Positions 47,858 to 57,926 of a stretch of 64,000 bases of DNA are shown here, piece by piece. The notes beneath the pieces are model-generated. The model made no database searches. It was not told the origin of the DNA and saw only the letters and a list, made by a program, of their open reading frames with translations. The stretch spans positions 3,744,001-3,808,000 of the forward strand of contig OZ242260.1 of the NCBI GenBank assembly GCA_965207065.1. Reading direction: 5' to 3'. Source of the stretch: a bacterium. Its GTDB lineage: Bacteria > UBA8248. The position numbers and the translations under genes were made by a program. Positions within the stretch are counted from its first letter, which is position 1; the number at the start of each line of letters is the position of its first letter.

Positions 47858-48865
47858 GTGAAGAACAGCATTTTGGAGGCCATCGGCGACACACCGATCG
47901 TAAGGCTCAATTCCATCGGCGCGGAAGTCGAATCGGAACTGTTCGTCAAGGTCGAATACATGAATCCGGGCCTCTCGGTGAAAGACCGCATCGCGCCACT
48001 GATCGTCGAAGACGCAGAGAAAAAGGGTGAACTGAAGCCAGGCGGCATGATTGTCGAGGCCACCTCCGGGAACACCGGCGCGGGGCTCGCCATCGTGGCC
48101 GCCATCAAGGGCTACAAGTGTGTTTTCGTGATGCCCGACAAGATGAGCCAGGAGAAAGTCGACCGGCTGCGCGCATATGGCGCGAAAGTCATCGTCACGC
48201 CCACAGTGGCCCTTGATGACCCCGAGAGCCACTACTGCGTCGCCCGGAGGATCGTCGAGGATACGCCCAACTGCATTCTGGCGAATCAATACAACAACAC
48301 CAACAACCCCGAGTCCCACTACCGCATGACGGGCCCTGAAATATGGCGTCAGACGGGAGGCGAATTCGACGCCTTCGTCACGGGCCTGGGCACCGGCGGG
48401 ACCATCTCGGGTACGGGAAGATATCTAAAAGAAATGAATCCCGACATCAAGATCGTCGGTGTCGACCCCATCGGCTCGATACTCTACGGCCTTTTTTACG
48501 GCGAAACCGACCCCGAGGCGGGCTCCTACAAGACCGAAGGCATCGGGGAGAGCTTCAAGCCCAATACGCTCAGCTTCGATAACATCGACGAGGTGGTCCG
48601 CGTGACCGACAAGGAATGCCTACTGATGACGCGCAGGCTGGCGAGAGAAGAAGGCATCCTGGTAGGGGGGTCTGCGGGCGGCGCGGTTGCAGGCGCGGTG
48701 CGGTATGCGGAATCCCTCGAAAAACCGCAGAGAATCGTTACGCTGATGCCGGATTCGGGCATGTTTTACCTCAGCAAGATATTTTCCGATGAATGGATGG
48801 TCGCCAACGGCTTCCTCACTGAGGAGGAGTTGAAAGATGCGCCGGCATCCAAAAGCGCGCGATAG
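47858..48865 (+). CDS. PLP-dependent cystathionine beta-synthase/cysteine synthase family protein
   Basis: NPGLSVKDRIA, EATSGNTG, MPDKMSQEK, GTGGT, EGIG; no C-terminal CBS domains. Confidence 0.9.
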   Translation: MKNSILEAIGDTPIVRLNSIGAEVESELFVKVEYMNPGLSVKDRIAPLIVEDAEKKGELKPGGMIVEATSGNTGAGLAIVAAIKGYKCVFVMPDKMSQEKVDRLRAYGAKVIVTPTVALDDPESHYCVARRIVEDTPNCILANQYNNTNNPESHYRMTGPEIWRQTGGEFDAFVTGLGTGGTISGTGRYLKEMNPDIKIVGVDPIGSILYGLFYGETDPEAGSYKTEGIGESFKPNTLSFDNIDEVVRVTDKECLLMTRRLAREEGILVGGSAGGAVAGAVRYAESLEKPQRIVTLMPDSGMFYLSKIFSDEWMVANGFLTEEELKDAPASKSAR

Positions 48866-48924
48866 AGGCGGGAGGGCCGCCTGCTTCACGACGGCTACTC
48901 ACAGACCCTGAGGCAGCGCTATCG

Positions 48925-49455
48925 CTACCAATACGCCGCATTGTTCAGCGACGCCACGCATTCGATTTCGACTGTGTCTCCCCTGATTTCACATCGGTTC
49001 AATTCCAGGGTCTGCCAACCGAAAGGATATCCAAGCGGATAGGGAGGTATGAACCTCGACGCCGCCTCGGCATCGAATCCGAACCTGCCGTAATAGGCGG
49101 GATCGCCGTATACAAGGATGATATGCGCGCCGTCCTTGGACAGAAGCCGCTTTCCGTAATCGATTAAAGCAGAACCGATGCCCTGGCCTTGGCAATCGAT
49201 GCGAACGGCCAAAGGCGACAATATATATGCCCTGACATCCTCATGCCCCGTGATCGAAACCGGACTGAAAGCGATATGCCCCTTCACGACACCTGCGTCG
49301 TCCATCACGAGTGATTCGGTGGTTGGATTCGTCTTTTCGGAAAGCAGGCTGACCGCAAGCCTCCCTACCATCCCGCCCTCATTATCGGGGAATGCTTCAT
49401 CATATAAATTTTGCAATGCAGGTGTATCGTTTTGCCTGGCAGGCCTTATGTCCAT
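48925..49455 (-). CDS. GNAT acetyltransferase (YhbS-like)
   Basis: GHIAFSPV, LSPLAV..QGQGIGSALI, VYGDPAYYGRFGF. Confidence 0.9.
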   Translation of the reverse strand: MDIRPARQNDTPALQNLYDEAFPDNEGGMVGRLAVSLLSEKTNPTTESLVMDDAGVVKGHIAFSPVSITGHEDVRAYILSPLAVRIDCQGQGIGSALIDYGKRLLSKDGAHIILVYGDPAYYGRFGFDAEAASRFIPPYPLGYPFGWQTLELNRCEIRGDTVEIECVASLNNAAYW

Positions 49456-49560
49456 GCTTCCCTTCTACCTTTTTTCTGGAGATGCGGCGGATGCGCCGTC
49501 ATGCAAAAGATATGACGATTTCCTTGAAGAATCCAGGCTTTCGGGACGAACAGAGTCCGC

Positions 49561-49627
49561 GGGGACAGGCCCTCGTACCTGTCCCTACAGACTACTCTTG
49601 CGGGCGGACACACGGGTCCGCCCCTAC
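49561..49627. repeat. Two tandem GTAG-type REPs
   Basis: gggacagg..cctgtccctac and gggcggac..gtccgcccctac. Confidence 0.72.
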
Positions 49628-49781
49628 AAACCCCATCACGTATTGTGCAGGCGTATCCACCTGTTCCCATCGCGGATGTTCGGGTAGACTGCTTATCGAG
49701 AAACGCTCTTGTCAACCTCGCCGAAATATGAGTAAAGGTCGATACGAAGTTTGATGCCGCCCCTCGCCTTACGGGAGTCCC

Positions 49782-50957
49782 ATGAAGATATCCACCAGAG
49801 CGGTTCACCACGGAAAAGAACCCAACGAACTCACCGGCGCCGTGAAGCCCGACATCTGCCTGAGCAGCACGTTCAAGCAGCATACGCCCGGCGAGCCCGT
49901 GGGCGATTTCGATTATTCGCGCTCTGGCAACCCGACGCGAGAGGCGCTCGAGATGAACATCGCGGGCCTCGAACGCCCCGACAACGAGGATGCCGAATGC
50001 CATGGGCTGGCTTTCTCCTCGGGCCTGGGCGCGACGACCACGATTCTTTTCGCCCTGCTCTCCCACGGCGATCACATGCTCTGCTCCGACGACGTGTACG
50101 GCGGGACCTTCCGCCTCATCACGGGCAAGGATTTCAGGGGTTTCGAGAAATTCGGGATCGCGTGCGACTACGTGGACATGGCGGATGAAGAATCCCTGGC
50201 AGGCAAAATCAGGGAAAACACGAAGCTCATCTGGATAGAGAGCCCCACGAATCCGCTCCTGAAGATGGCCGACATCCAGAGCATCGCCTCCACGTACGGG
50301 AAAGACGGCGCCATCGTCGCCGTGGACAACACTTTCATGAGCCCCTATTTCCAGAGACCGCTCGCCCTGGGGGCGGACATCGCCGTACACAGCACGACGA
50401 AATATATCGGCGGACACAGCGACGTCGTCGGCGGCGCACTGGTGACGAAAAGCCAGGCGCTCCACGAACGCATCAAGCATTACCAGAACGCGCTCGGGGC
50501 GACGCCCGCCCCCTTCGATTGCTACATGACCATGCGGGGCATCGACACCCTGCCCGTGCGGATGGAAAAACACCAGGATAACGCCATGAAGATCGCGGGC
50601 TTCCTGGAGGGACACGGGAGCGTGGAGAAAGTGATCTACCCGGGGCTGAAATCTCACCCCCAGCACGAACTCGCCAAAAGGCAGATGAGCGGCTTCGGGG
50701 GGATGCTGGCGTTCTACCTGAAAGGCGGCCTGCCCGAGGCGCGCAGGTTCCTGGAAAACGTCCGGCTATTCACCCTCGCGGAGAGCCTGGGCGGCACCGA
50801 GTCCCTGGTGGAGCATCCCGCCATCATGACCCACGCCTCCCTCACCGAGGAGATCAGAGAAGCACTCGGTATCAGCGATACCCTCATCCGGCTGTCCGTG
50901 GGAATCGAGGACGCAGACGATTTGATCGAGGATCTGAAACAGGCCCTGAATGCATAG
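49782..50957 (+). CDS. Cystathionine gamma-lyase/synthase family PLP enzyme
   Basis: YSRSGNPTR, DDVYGGT, ESPTNP, DNTF, HSTTKYIGGHSD, AESLGG, RLSVGIE. Confidence 0.93.
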   Translation: MKISTRAVHHGKEPNELTGAVKPDICLSSTFKQHTPGEPVGDFDYSRSGNPTREALEMNIAGLERPDNEDAECHGLAFSSGLGATTTILFALLSHGDHMLCSDDVYGGTFRLITGKDFRGFEKFGIACDYVDMADEESLAGKIRENTKLIWIESPTNPLLKMADIQSIASTYGKDGAIVAVDNTFMSPYFQRPLALGADIAVHSTTKYIGGHSDVVGGALVTKSQALHERIKHYQNALGATPAPFDCYMTMRGIDTLPVRMEKHQDNAMKIAGFLEGHGSVEKVIYPGLKSHPQHELAKRQMSGFGGMLAFYLKGGLPEARRFLENVRLFTLAESLGGTESLVEHPAIMTHASLTEEIREALGISDTLIRLSVGIEDADDLIEDLKQALNA

Positions 50958-51027
50958 GGACAGGTCCCTGTGCCTGTCCTGATCACATCAGACAAGAAAA
51001 AGGACAACCACGGAGGGTTGTCTCTAC
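50955..51027. repeat. GTAG-type REP doublet overlapping the upstream stop codon
   Basis: tagggacagg..cctgtcc and ggacaacc..ggttgtctctac. Confidence 0.72.
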
Positions 51028-51107
51028 GGAAAATTAAATATTCAATATCATTTCCCTATCGAGGAATGCTTCTATTCCCCTCTCCCGGACGCATTCATGG
51101 CCTTGCA

Positions 51108-51156
51108 CAAAAAAACCATCCCCCTGCCCTCTATGAGGCCGGAAGATGGTTTTTTC
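51108..51156. terminator. Bidirectional terminator between convergent genes
   Basis: aaaaaaccatc..gatggtttttt. Confidence 0.6.
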
Positions 51157-51168
51157 TAAAACTTAAGC

Positions 51169-52173
51169 TTACATGAAATACTTCCGGTCGTTCATGTCCG
51201 GATACATGTCCCCCACCCACTTTGCATAGCCGTTGAACAGGAGTGTCGGCCTTCTCTCGTTCGTTCCCAGCATTCGCTCTGTGGCCTGGGACCACCTGGG
51301 GTGATTGAATTTCGGGTTGATGTTGGCCCAGAAGCCGTATTCGCTGGGCGCCGCCTTCTCCCAGAACGTGCGAGGCCGCTTATCGGTGAATTCGATGGAA
51401 ACGATGGATTTTATATTCTTGAAGCCGAATTTCCAGGGAATCACCAACCGCAGGGGCGCGCCATGCTGCTGCGGCATGGGATGCCCGTAAATACCCGTAC
51501 CCATCATGGCCAACTCGTTCATGGCCTCCTTCATGGTGAGGCCTTCCACGTAAGGCCACGGGTACCAGACCTGGAGCTGCCCCAACGCCACCTTGCGGTT
51601 TAAGAATGTTGTGAATTTGATGTATTTCGCCTTGCTCGTGGGTTCTACCTTCTTGATCAGTTCAGATATCTTAAAGCCCGTCCACGGAACGGCCATTGCC
51701 CACGCTTCCACGCAGCGGAAACGATAAAGCCGCTCCTCGAGCGTCATGCCTTTGATCAACTCGTCGATATCGTATGTTTTGGGCTTCTTGACGTGACCCT
51801 TCACCTCCACCTGCCAGGGGCGCGTCTCCATGCGCTTGGCCAGCCAGGAGATCGCCTTGTTGCCGCCGAATTCGTAGAAATTGTTGTATTCGGCCGCCAC
51901 TTTTTCATCCGTCAGGGGCCGATCCAGCGTGAATGCGGGATTCCGGCGCGCCGGGTAAAGGCCCACCGTCTGATCTTTGGGATGCGCGCCGGCATTTTTT
52001 GCCTGCGCCAGGGCGAGCGGCCCGTCACGTTCGGGCCAGTAGGGAGGCGTCACCATCTGGCTCAGCATCAGACCTGCGCCGCCCGCTAAAAACTTGCGGC
52101 GGTTCAAAAACACGGATTCCGGCGTAGCCTCACGCTCGGGCATCGACCATTCGGGCTTTTTGATAAATTTCAT
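51169..52173 (-). CDS. msrP: Protein-methionine-sulfoxide reductase catalytic subunit
   Basis: Tat NRRKFL; YNNFYEFG, RFRCVEAW, HGAPLRL, YGFWANINP, HPRWSQA. Confidence 0.95.
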   Translation of the reverse strand: MKFIKKPEWSMPEREATPESVFLNRRKFLAGGAGLMLSQMVTPPYWPERDGPLALAQAKNAGAHPKDQTVGLYPARRNPAFTLDRPLTDEKVAAEYNNFYEFGGNKAISWLAKRMETRPWQVEVKGHVKKPKTYDIDELIKGMTLEERLYRFRCVEAWAMAVPWTGFKISELIKKVEPTSKAKYIKFTTFLNRKVALGQLQVWYPWPYVEGLTMKEAMNELAMMGTGIYGHPMPQQHGAPLRLVIPWKFGFKNIKSIVSIEFTDKRPRTFWEKAAPSEYGFWANINPKFNHPRWSQATERMLGTNERRPTLLFNGYAKWVGDMYPDMNDRKYFM

Positions 52174-52415
52174 GTCATCCCCTTTTGGGTGGCGGCTGGA
52201 GTCTGGTGTATTCTCCAGAACAGGCGAATCGTCTTGAGCTATCCCATGGATGCGAATTCGCCTTCCATGACGGCCTTTAGAAATATATCATAGAAATCTC
52301 ACCCCGTAGTGAGAAAACCCGAAATTAAGGAAACTTTAAAGTCTGTAACTGTACACATGCACGGCGCTGGCGCGCTTTGTGAGTATTGAAACCGCCTATT
52401 GATCGAGGAGACACG

Positions 52416-53474
52416 ATGTCCGAACTGCGCTACCCCGTTGAACGCCTGGAAAATTTCATTCACGCCGTCCTGGCGGCGCACGATGTGTTGGACGATCACG
52501 CGCGCACCTGCGCCGTCCGCATGATCGAAGCCGACCTCCACGGGATGCACGGACACGGCATCTTCCGCCTACCTCCCTATTGCCGCAGAATACGCGAAGG
52601 CGGCTACAACCTGAGGCCCGACATCCGCGCCGAGCGCGAGACCGCCGTGAGCGCATTGGTCGACGGGGATAACGGCTTCGGCCAGGTGGTCGTGACGTTC
52701 GCGGCCGAACTCGCGATCCAGAAGGCGAAAGAAAGCGGACTCGCGTGGATCGGCATACACCAAGGAAACCACGCCGGCGCCGCGGGCGTTTACGCCGCCC
52801 TGCCCCTCGCGCACGACATGATCGGCATGTACATGGCCGTCGCCAACGCCAACCACATGCCCCCCTGGGGCGGCGTCGACATGCTCCTGAGCACCAACCC
52901 CATCGCCTACGCCATCCCGGCGGGCGAGGAGCCACCCTTCGTCCTCGACATGGCCACCACCGAGACCTCCTACGGCAAGGTGAAGGTCTATGCCCAGGAG
53001 GGAAAACCGATGCCCGAGGGCTGGATGATGACCAGAGACGGAAAACCCCTCACCGACGCCTCACGTGCCGAGGAGGGTTTTCTGCTCCCCATCGGAGGCC
53101 ACAAGGGCTACGGGCTGAACATGATGATCGGCGCACTCGCCGGCGTGCTGAACGGAGCGGCCTTCGGCTCGGACGTCATCGATTTCAACAAGGACTTCCA
53201 GACGCCCACGAACACCGGCCAGGTGTTCTTCGCCATGCGGCCGGACATCTTCCGGGACCTGGATGAATTCAAGGCGGAGATGGACCTGAGAATCCGCGAG
53301 ATCAGAAACTCCGCTCCCATGGAGGGCAAAGGTCCCATCCGGATTCCCGGTGAGAACCTCGCGCGCCGGAAAGATGAGATGCGCCGAGAGGGCGTGCCCG
53401 TCGCTGCACCCGTGATCGCCCAACTCAGAGAATTGGCCGAAGAGCTCGACTTAGGCGACAGACTCTCCGATTGA
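52416..53474 (+). CDS. Ldh_2 family (malate/L-lactate/sulfolactate/ureidoglycolate-type) oxidoreductase
   Basis: GHGIFRL, DGDNGFG, NHAG, STNPIA, LDMATT, GGHKGYGL. Confidence 0.9.
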   Translation: MSELRYPVERLENFIHAVLAAHDVLDDHARTCAVRMIEADLHGMHGHGIFRLPPYCRRIREGGYNLRPDIRAERETAVSALVDGDNGFGQVVVTFAAELAIQKAKESGLAWIGIHQGNHAGAAGVYAALPLAHDMIGMYMAVANANHMPPWGGVDMLLSTNPIAYAIPAGEEPPFVLDMATTETSYGKVKVYAQEGKPMPEGWMMTRDGKPLTDASRAEEGFLLPIGGHKGYGLNMMIGALAGVLNGAAFGSDVIDFNKDFQTPTNTGQVFFAMRPDIFRDLDEFKAEMDLRIREIRNSAPMEGKGPIRIPGENLARRKDEMRREGVPVAAPVIAQLRELAEELDLGDRLSD

Positions 53475-54332
53475 TCACGCGAGGCTAATCAGCGCGCCGC
53501 CTGCAACGATGAAAGCCGCGCCCAGCACCATGAGCGGCGTCAGCGGCTCCATGCCCTGTGGCAAAAACCGCGAGAAGAGCAGCACGAACAGGGGTTGGGC
53601 CGAGGTGATCGGCGTCACGACGACGATGCGCCCCTCCTCGAGCGCGAAGAAAAGCGCCGTAAGGGCCGAGAAACTGGCGATTCCCACGAGCACAAAATAA
53701 AAGAGTCCCTTCCCGGTGAAGTTCTTGCGGGCGCTTTTGGAATTCGCCAGGACAAAAGCCATGACAATGCTCGACGTTCCCGCCATCACGAAAATCGCGA
53801 GCGTCTTGTAGGGCACGTCGGGCGAGGAGTAGCGGATGATGAGGTCGCGCATGACCCAGATGAGCGTGGCCCCGATGGCGTAGGCGATTCCGGTAAGCGC
53901 CCACGAGCGCATTTCATCTTTCCTGATCGACAAGACGATGATGCCGCAGACGATGAGCGCGGTTCCCGCGGCGAGGACAGGCGTGAGCTGCTCGCCGAGA
54001 AGCAATACGGCCAGCGTGCTCGAGAAGAGCGGCCCCAGACCGCGCAGGATTCCCGAAGGCGCCGCCCCGATGCGCTGAACGCCCGCGAACTGAAACGTCC
54101 TCGATATGCTGGGGGTGATTATGCCGAGCCCCACGAACCAGAGCAGGTGCGGGTTGGCGAAAGCGCTCATCGGCACGCTCGCCGCTATCCAGGGCAGATA
54201 GAGCAGCGTCACCACGGCCGAAGCAACGAAACCGCCGAACACAGGCGTCGCCTCCCGCGTCGCAAGACGCGAGAAGATGAACGTCAGCGCGAAAAAAGCC
54301 GACGCCGCAACGGCCAGGGGAATTTCGGTCAA
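53475..54332 (-). CDS. DMT/EamA-family transporter
   Basis: About 10 TM; LLGEQL, VVTPI..QPLFV. Confidence 0.88.
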   Translation of the reverse strand: MTEIPLAVAASAFFALTFIFSRLATREATPVFGGFVASAVVTLLYLPWIAASVPMSAFANPHLLWFVGLGIITPSISRTFQFAGVQRIGAAPSGILRGLGPLFSSTLAVLLLGEQLTPVLAAGTALIVCGIIVLSIRKDEMRSWALTGIAYAIGATLIWVMRDLIIRYSSPDVPYKTLAIFVMAGTSSIVMAFVLANSKSARKNFTGKGLFYFVLVGIASFSALTALFFALEEGRIVVVTPITSAQPLFVLLFSRFLPQGMEPLTPLMVLGAAFIVAGGALISLA

Positions 54333-54353
54333 CGCATGCCTCGTCTCAGAATG

Positions 54354-54387
54354 AAAAAGCGCCCCCGGACCACACGCCAGGGGCGCC
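54354..54387 (-). terminator. Terminator-like hairpin after the M24 gene
   Basis: A run followed by gcgcccc..ggggcgc. Confidence 0.5.
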
Positions 54388-54407
54388 GATTCAGGACAAT
54401 CACCTGC

Positions 54408-55646
54408 TCAATCCTGAATGATCAACTCCTCGCAATAGGGAGCGCGCGTCATGTAGACGGGTTCATCCTCGGTGATGAGAATATGATCCTCGATGCGCAC
54501 GCCGGCCCCGCCCGGAATTCCCGGAACGAAGATGAGCGGCTCGATGGCGAACGTCATCCCCGGCACGAAGTCCACGCTCTCGGCCCCGGGCATCACCTCG
54601 CCCACGTAGGGCGGTTCGTTGGGCGATATACCGCAGCCGTGCCCGATGAAGAGTTTAATGAAATTATCCTCGAGACCCGCGGAACGAGCGACTTCCAGGA
54701 ACTCCGCCGCCGAGTCGTCGTTCGTGTAGCCGGGGCGCATCTTGGCGATACCAGCCTTGAGCGCCTTGTAGACGGTCGTATACACCTTTTGCTGCATGGG
54801 ATGGGGCGGGCCGCCGGCCACCTTCGCGCGTCCGCAGTCGCCGAAATAACCGTTCCAGCAGGCCCCGATGTCGATGAAGACGATATCCGCGTTTCTGATG
54901 ATCTTATCGGTGGGAAAGCGCGTCGGCGGCGCCATGTGCTCGCCCGAGGCGACGAACGGGGACGCCAGATGCCCGAACTCCCCGCCGTGAGTGAAGAGCG
55001 TCTTCATGGCCTCGGCCGCCACGTCGAACTCGCGCACGCCCGGCACAGCGTGGTTCAGCGCCGTGATGGTCACGGCGTCGGCGATGGCGCACGCCTGGTG
55101 GAGGCAGGCTATCTCGTCCGGCGTCTTCTGAACCCGGCTCATGTACATGAACTGCTCGCCATCCACGAAGTTGGCTTCGGGGAAATATTTTTCGATCATC
55201 GCCCGCTGGGTGAACGTGTGCCCATCCAGCCCGATGGTGCCGTTCGAAACCCCCCAGTCATCGAATCGCGTCTTGATGTCGATCCCCACCGTGTGCTCGA
55301 CGAGACCGGGCTCCTCCAGGATGCCGATAGGCACGTAATCGTCTATCCAGGGCATGCACTCTTCGATGCGGTGCGCCTCGCCGCTCGAGGCGAGCAGCGT
55401 CGGATTACCTTCCTGCCTGAGCAGTACGCCGTAGGTGGTGGAGGAGCGGTACTGAATCATGATGACGCGTGCGCTGGTCAGGTAGCGCACGTTCTCGTCC
55501 TTCCAGAGTATGAGGGCGTCGATACCCTGTTCCTTCATCGCCGCCTGGGTTTTCTCGACGCGTTCTCTGCGCATCCGGTCCATGTCGATGCGGTGCTCCC
55601 AGTCGACCATCATCGAGCCGCGCGCCCACGTGGGGTAGTCCGTCAT
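54408..55646 (-). CDS. M24 (Xaa-Pro peptidase/creatinase-like) hydrolase
   Basis: ENVRYLT, DIG..GYFGD, GHGCG, FAIEP, VRIED. Confidence 0.9.
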   Translation of the reverse strand: MTDYPTWARGSMMVDWEHRIDMDRMRRERVEKTQAAMKEQGIDALILWKDENVRYLTSARVIMIQYRSSTTYGVLLRQEGNPTLLASSGEAHRIEECMPWIDDYVPIGILEEPGLVEHTVGIDIKTRFDDWGVSNGTIGLDGHTFTQRAMIEKYFPEANFVDGEQFMYMSRVQKTPDEIACLHQACAIADAVTITALNHAVPGVREFDVAAEAMKTLFTHGGEFGHLASPFVASGEHMAPPTRFPTDKIIRNADIVFIDIGACWNGYFGDCGRAKVAGGPPHPMQQKVYTTVYKALKAGIAKMRPGYTNDDSAAEFLEVARSAGLEDNFIKLFIGHGCGISPNEPPYVGEVMPGAESVDFVPGMTFAIEPLIFVPGIPGGAGVRIEDHILITEDEPVYMTRAPYCEELIIQD

Positions 55647-55903
55647 TGCTTCTTCCTCCTCGAAAAACAAAGATTTCGGCCTGAAATTATCGAGTCTGCA
55701 AACGATTGTTCTGAATATGAAATTCGCGGCGACGCTAGCACCCGCGCCCTGGCCTGTCAAGAAAACGCGGGCGGGGCGGCTTGTCGAATGCGTGCAAAAG
55801 AGATGGATACCTCCGCATCGTTGACTTGAAGGCCCGGCCTCGCTACTTTCGGCGCAAAGGACTTGCAACAAGCGCATTCACCAAATCAACATGGAGAAGT
55901 CCC

Positions 55904-56671
55904 ATGAGCCTGGTCAATTACGAAGTGAAGGATAAAATCGCCACTATCACCCTGAACCGGCCCGAGAAGCTCAATGCCTATACCGAAGAGATGGTGGACG
56001 AGATGTACGAAGCCTGCCAGAGATTCGCCAAGGACGACGACGCCTGGACGGCCATCGTCACAGGCGCAGGCGATCGCGCGTTCTGCGCAGGACACGACCT
56101 CACCCTGGTCGTGGAAAGCGAAGGACAATACAAGGATCACGACTCTCCCACAGTGTGGTACGGAGAATTCGAGATATACAAACCCATGATCGCCGCGGTG
56201 AACGGCTACGCCTTCGGCGGGGGGTGTTCCCTGGCGCTCTCGTGCGACATCCGGATCGCATCTGAAAACGCAGTGTTCGGCTACCCGCAGCCCAAGTACG
56301 GCGCGATGAGTCTGGGCGGCCACCAGCGGATGCCCAAGACCATCCCGCCCGGCATCGCCATGGAGTTCATGCTCACAGGGAGGCACATCCCGGCGGAAGA
56401 AGCCGCACGCTGGGGTATGGTGAACAAGGTGGTGCCCCAGGACGCCCTGATGGACGAGGCGCGCGCCATGGCCGCCCTCATCAACGAGAACGCGCCCTTA
56501 TCCGTCCGGCACACGAAAGAGGCGGTGCTCAAGGGTCTGAGAACGCCCGACGTTCGCGAAGGAATCGCCATGGCAAAACTCATCAGCTATCGACTCCAGA
56601 CCTCACAAGACACGCAAGAGGGTCTCGCGGCCTTCATGGAGAAGAGAAAACCCGAATGGCAGGGCCGTTAG
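55904..56671 (+). CDS. Enoyl-CoA hydratase/isomerase family protein
   Basis: LNRPEKLNA, FCAGHDL, KPMIAAVNGYAFGGG, AFMEKRKP. Confidence 0.92.
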   Translation: MSLVNYEVKDKIATITLNRPEKLNAYTEEMVDEMYEACQRFAKDDDAWTAIVTGAGDRAFCAGHDLTLVVESEGQYKDHDSPTVWYGEFEIYKPMIAAVNGYAFGGGCSLALSCDIRIASENAVFGYPQPKYGAMSLGGHQRMPKTIPPGIAMEFMLTGRHIPAEEAARWGMVNKVVPQDALMDEARAMAALINENAPLSVRHTKEAVLKGLRTPDVREGIAMAKLISYRLQTSQDTQEGLAAFMEKRKPEWQGR

Positions 56672-56744
56672 TATAAATTGCCTGTCCGTCTCTCCATTCA
56701 CATTAGGTGTAATGCGCATATATCTTCATACGAGGAACCCATAG

Positions 56745-57782
56745 ATGAATGATGCACCGAAAATCGGCATGGCCTTCATCGGTCTCGGCTGGTGGGGCGC
56801 CGTGCTCGCAGACGCCGCCCTCGCCTCCGGAAAAGTGAAGGTGACCGGCGGCTTCGCTCGCACGCCCTCTACCCGCGAAGAATTTATCGGGAAATACGGT
56901 GGGAAGAACTTCGCCTCCATCGACGAGGTGATGGCCGACTCCGAGACAGAGGCCGTCGTTATCGCCACGGCAAACTCCGTCCACAAGGAGATCGCAGTCG
57001 CCGCCGCGCGCGCGGGCAAGCACGTTCACCTGGAAAAACCGATGGCGCTCAGCGTCTCGGACGCGAAAGCGGTTGAGCAGGCGTGTAAAGACCACGGCGT
57101 GAAACTCCACATGGGGCAGAACTTCCGGCGCTGGCCGATGTTTCGCAAGGCGAAGGAAATCGTCGAAAGCGGAAATCTGGGGCTGGTGAACTACACGGTC
57201 GCCACGTTTTCCAATAACCACGGCTTCACCTCCGGCCCCAAGAGCATGCGGTGGGACGCCACGGAAAACCCGGGTGGGCCGCTCTACAGCTACACCATCC
57301 ACCTGGGCGACATTATGGAATATCTCTTCGGCGACGTGGAAGAGGTGAACGCCGCATGCGCCAAGGTGGGCGGCCCGAACCCCCAGGAAGACGCCGCCGC
57401 CGCCATCTTGCGCTTCAAGAGCGGGCTGATGGGCGTCATTTCGAGCAGTTATCTGGCTCCCTTCCACTTCGCCTTCGACGTTCAGGGCACCGAAGCGAAC
57501 CTGAGCCTTTCCACGACGGAAAACCCGACTCTCAAGCGGCCCATCGACCTGATGGGCGGTCTGGAAACAGAGACAGTGGAGCTCGACCATGATCTCGTAG
57601 AGGGGAGACTCCTCGCGAACCGCGAGCAGTTCGACGACCTGATCGGCGCGATCCGAGAGGACAGGGACCCGGAAGTCACCGGTCGCCACGGTGTGCGGGC
57701 GCTCGCCATCATGCGGGCGATTCTCAAGAGCAACGCAGAGAGACGGATTGTGACAATCGAGGAGATTCTGGAGTCCGACTAG
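56745..57782 (+). CDS. Gfo/Idh/MocA oxidoreductase
   Basis: IGLGWWG, GKHVHLEKPM, GGPL..IH. Confidence 0.9.
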   Translation: MNDAPKIGMAFIGLGWWGAVLADAALASGKVKVTGGFARTPSTREEFIGKYGGKNFASIDEVMADSETEAVVIATANSVHKEIAVAAARAGKHVHLEKPMALSVSDAKAVEQACKDHGVKLHMGQNFRRWPMFRKAKEIVESGNLGLVNYTVATFSNNHGFTSGPKSMRWDATENPGGPLYSYTIHLGDIMEYLFGDVEEVNAACAKVGGPNPQEDAAAAILRFKSGLMGVISSSYLAPFHFAFDVQGTEANLSLSTTENPTLKRPIDLMGGLETETVELDHDLVEGRLLANREQFDDLIGAIREDRDPEVTGRHGVRALAIMRAILKSNAERRIVTIEEILESD

Positions 57783-57926
57783 GCCCGAAACATGACTATC
57801 GCAAGATAGTCCTGATTCGCGTATAATTCTCACTCGTTAGCCCACCGCATCTCTGTGACTTGTTCCGCCCGGACTCGTTTCGGAAACGGCTTTCCCATGG
57901 GCAGGCGCCGCGATACACCGGATTTC

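Noticed and set aside
53595-55829. 744-aa plus-strand ORF
   Set aside because: Antisense shadow of the DMT and M24 genes with no motifs; expected in high-GC DNA
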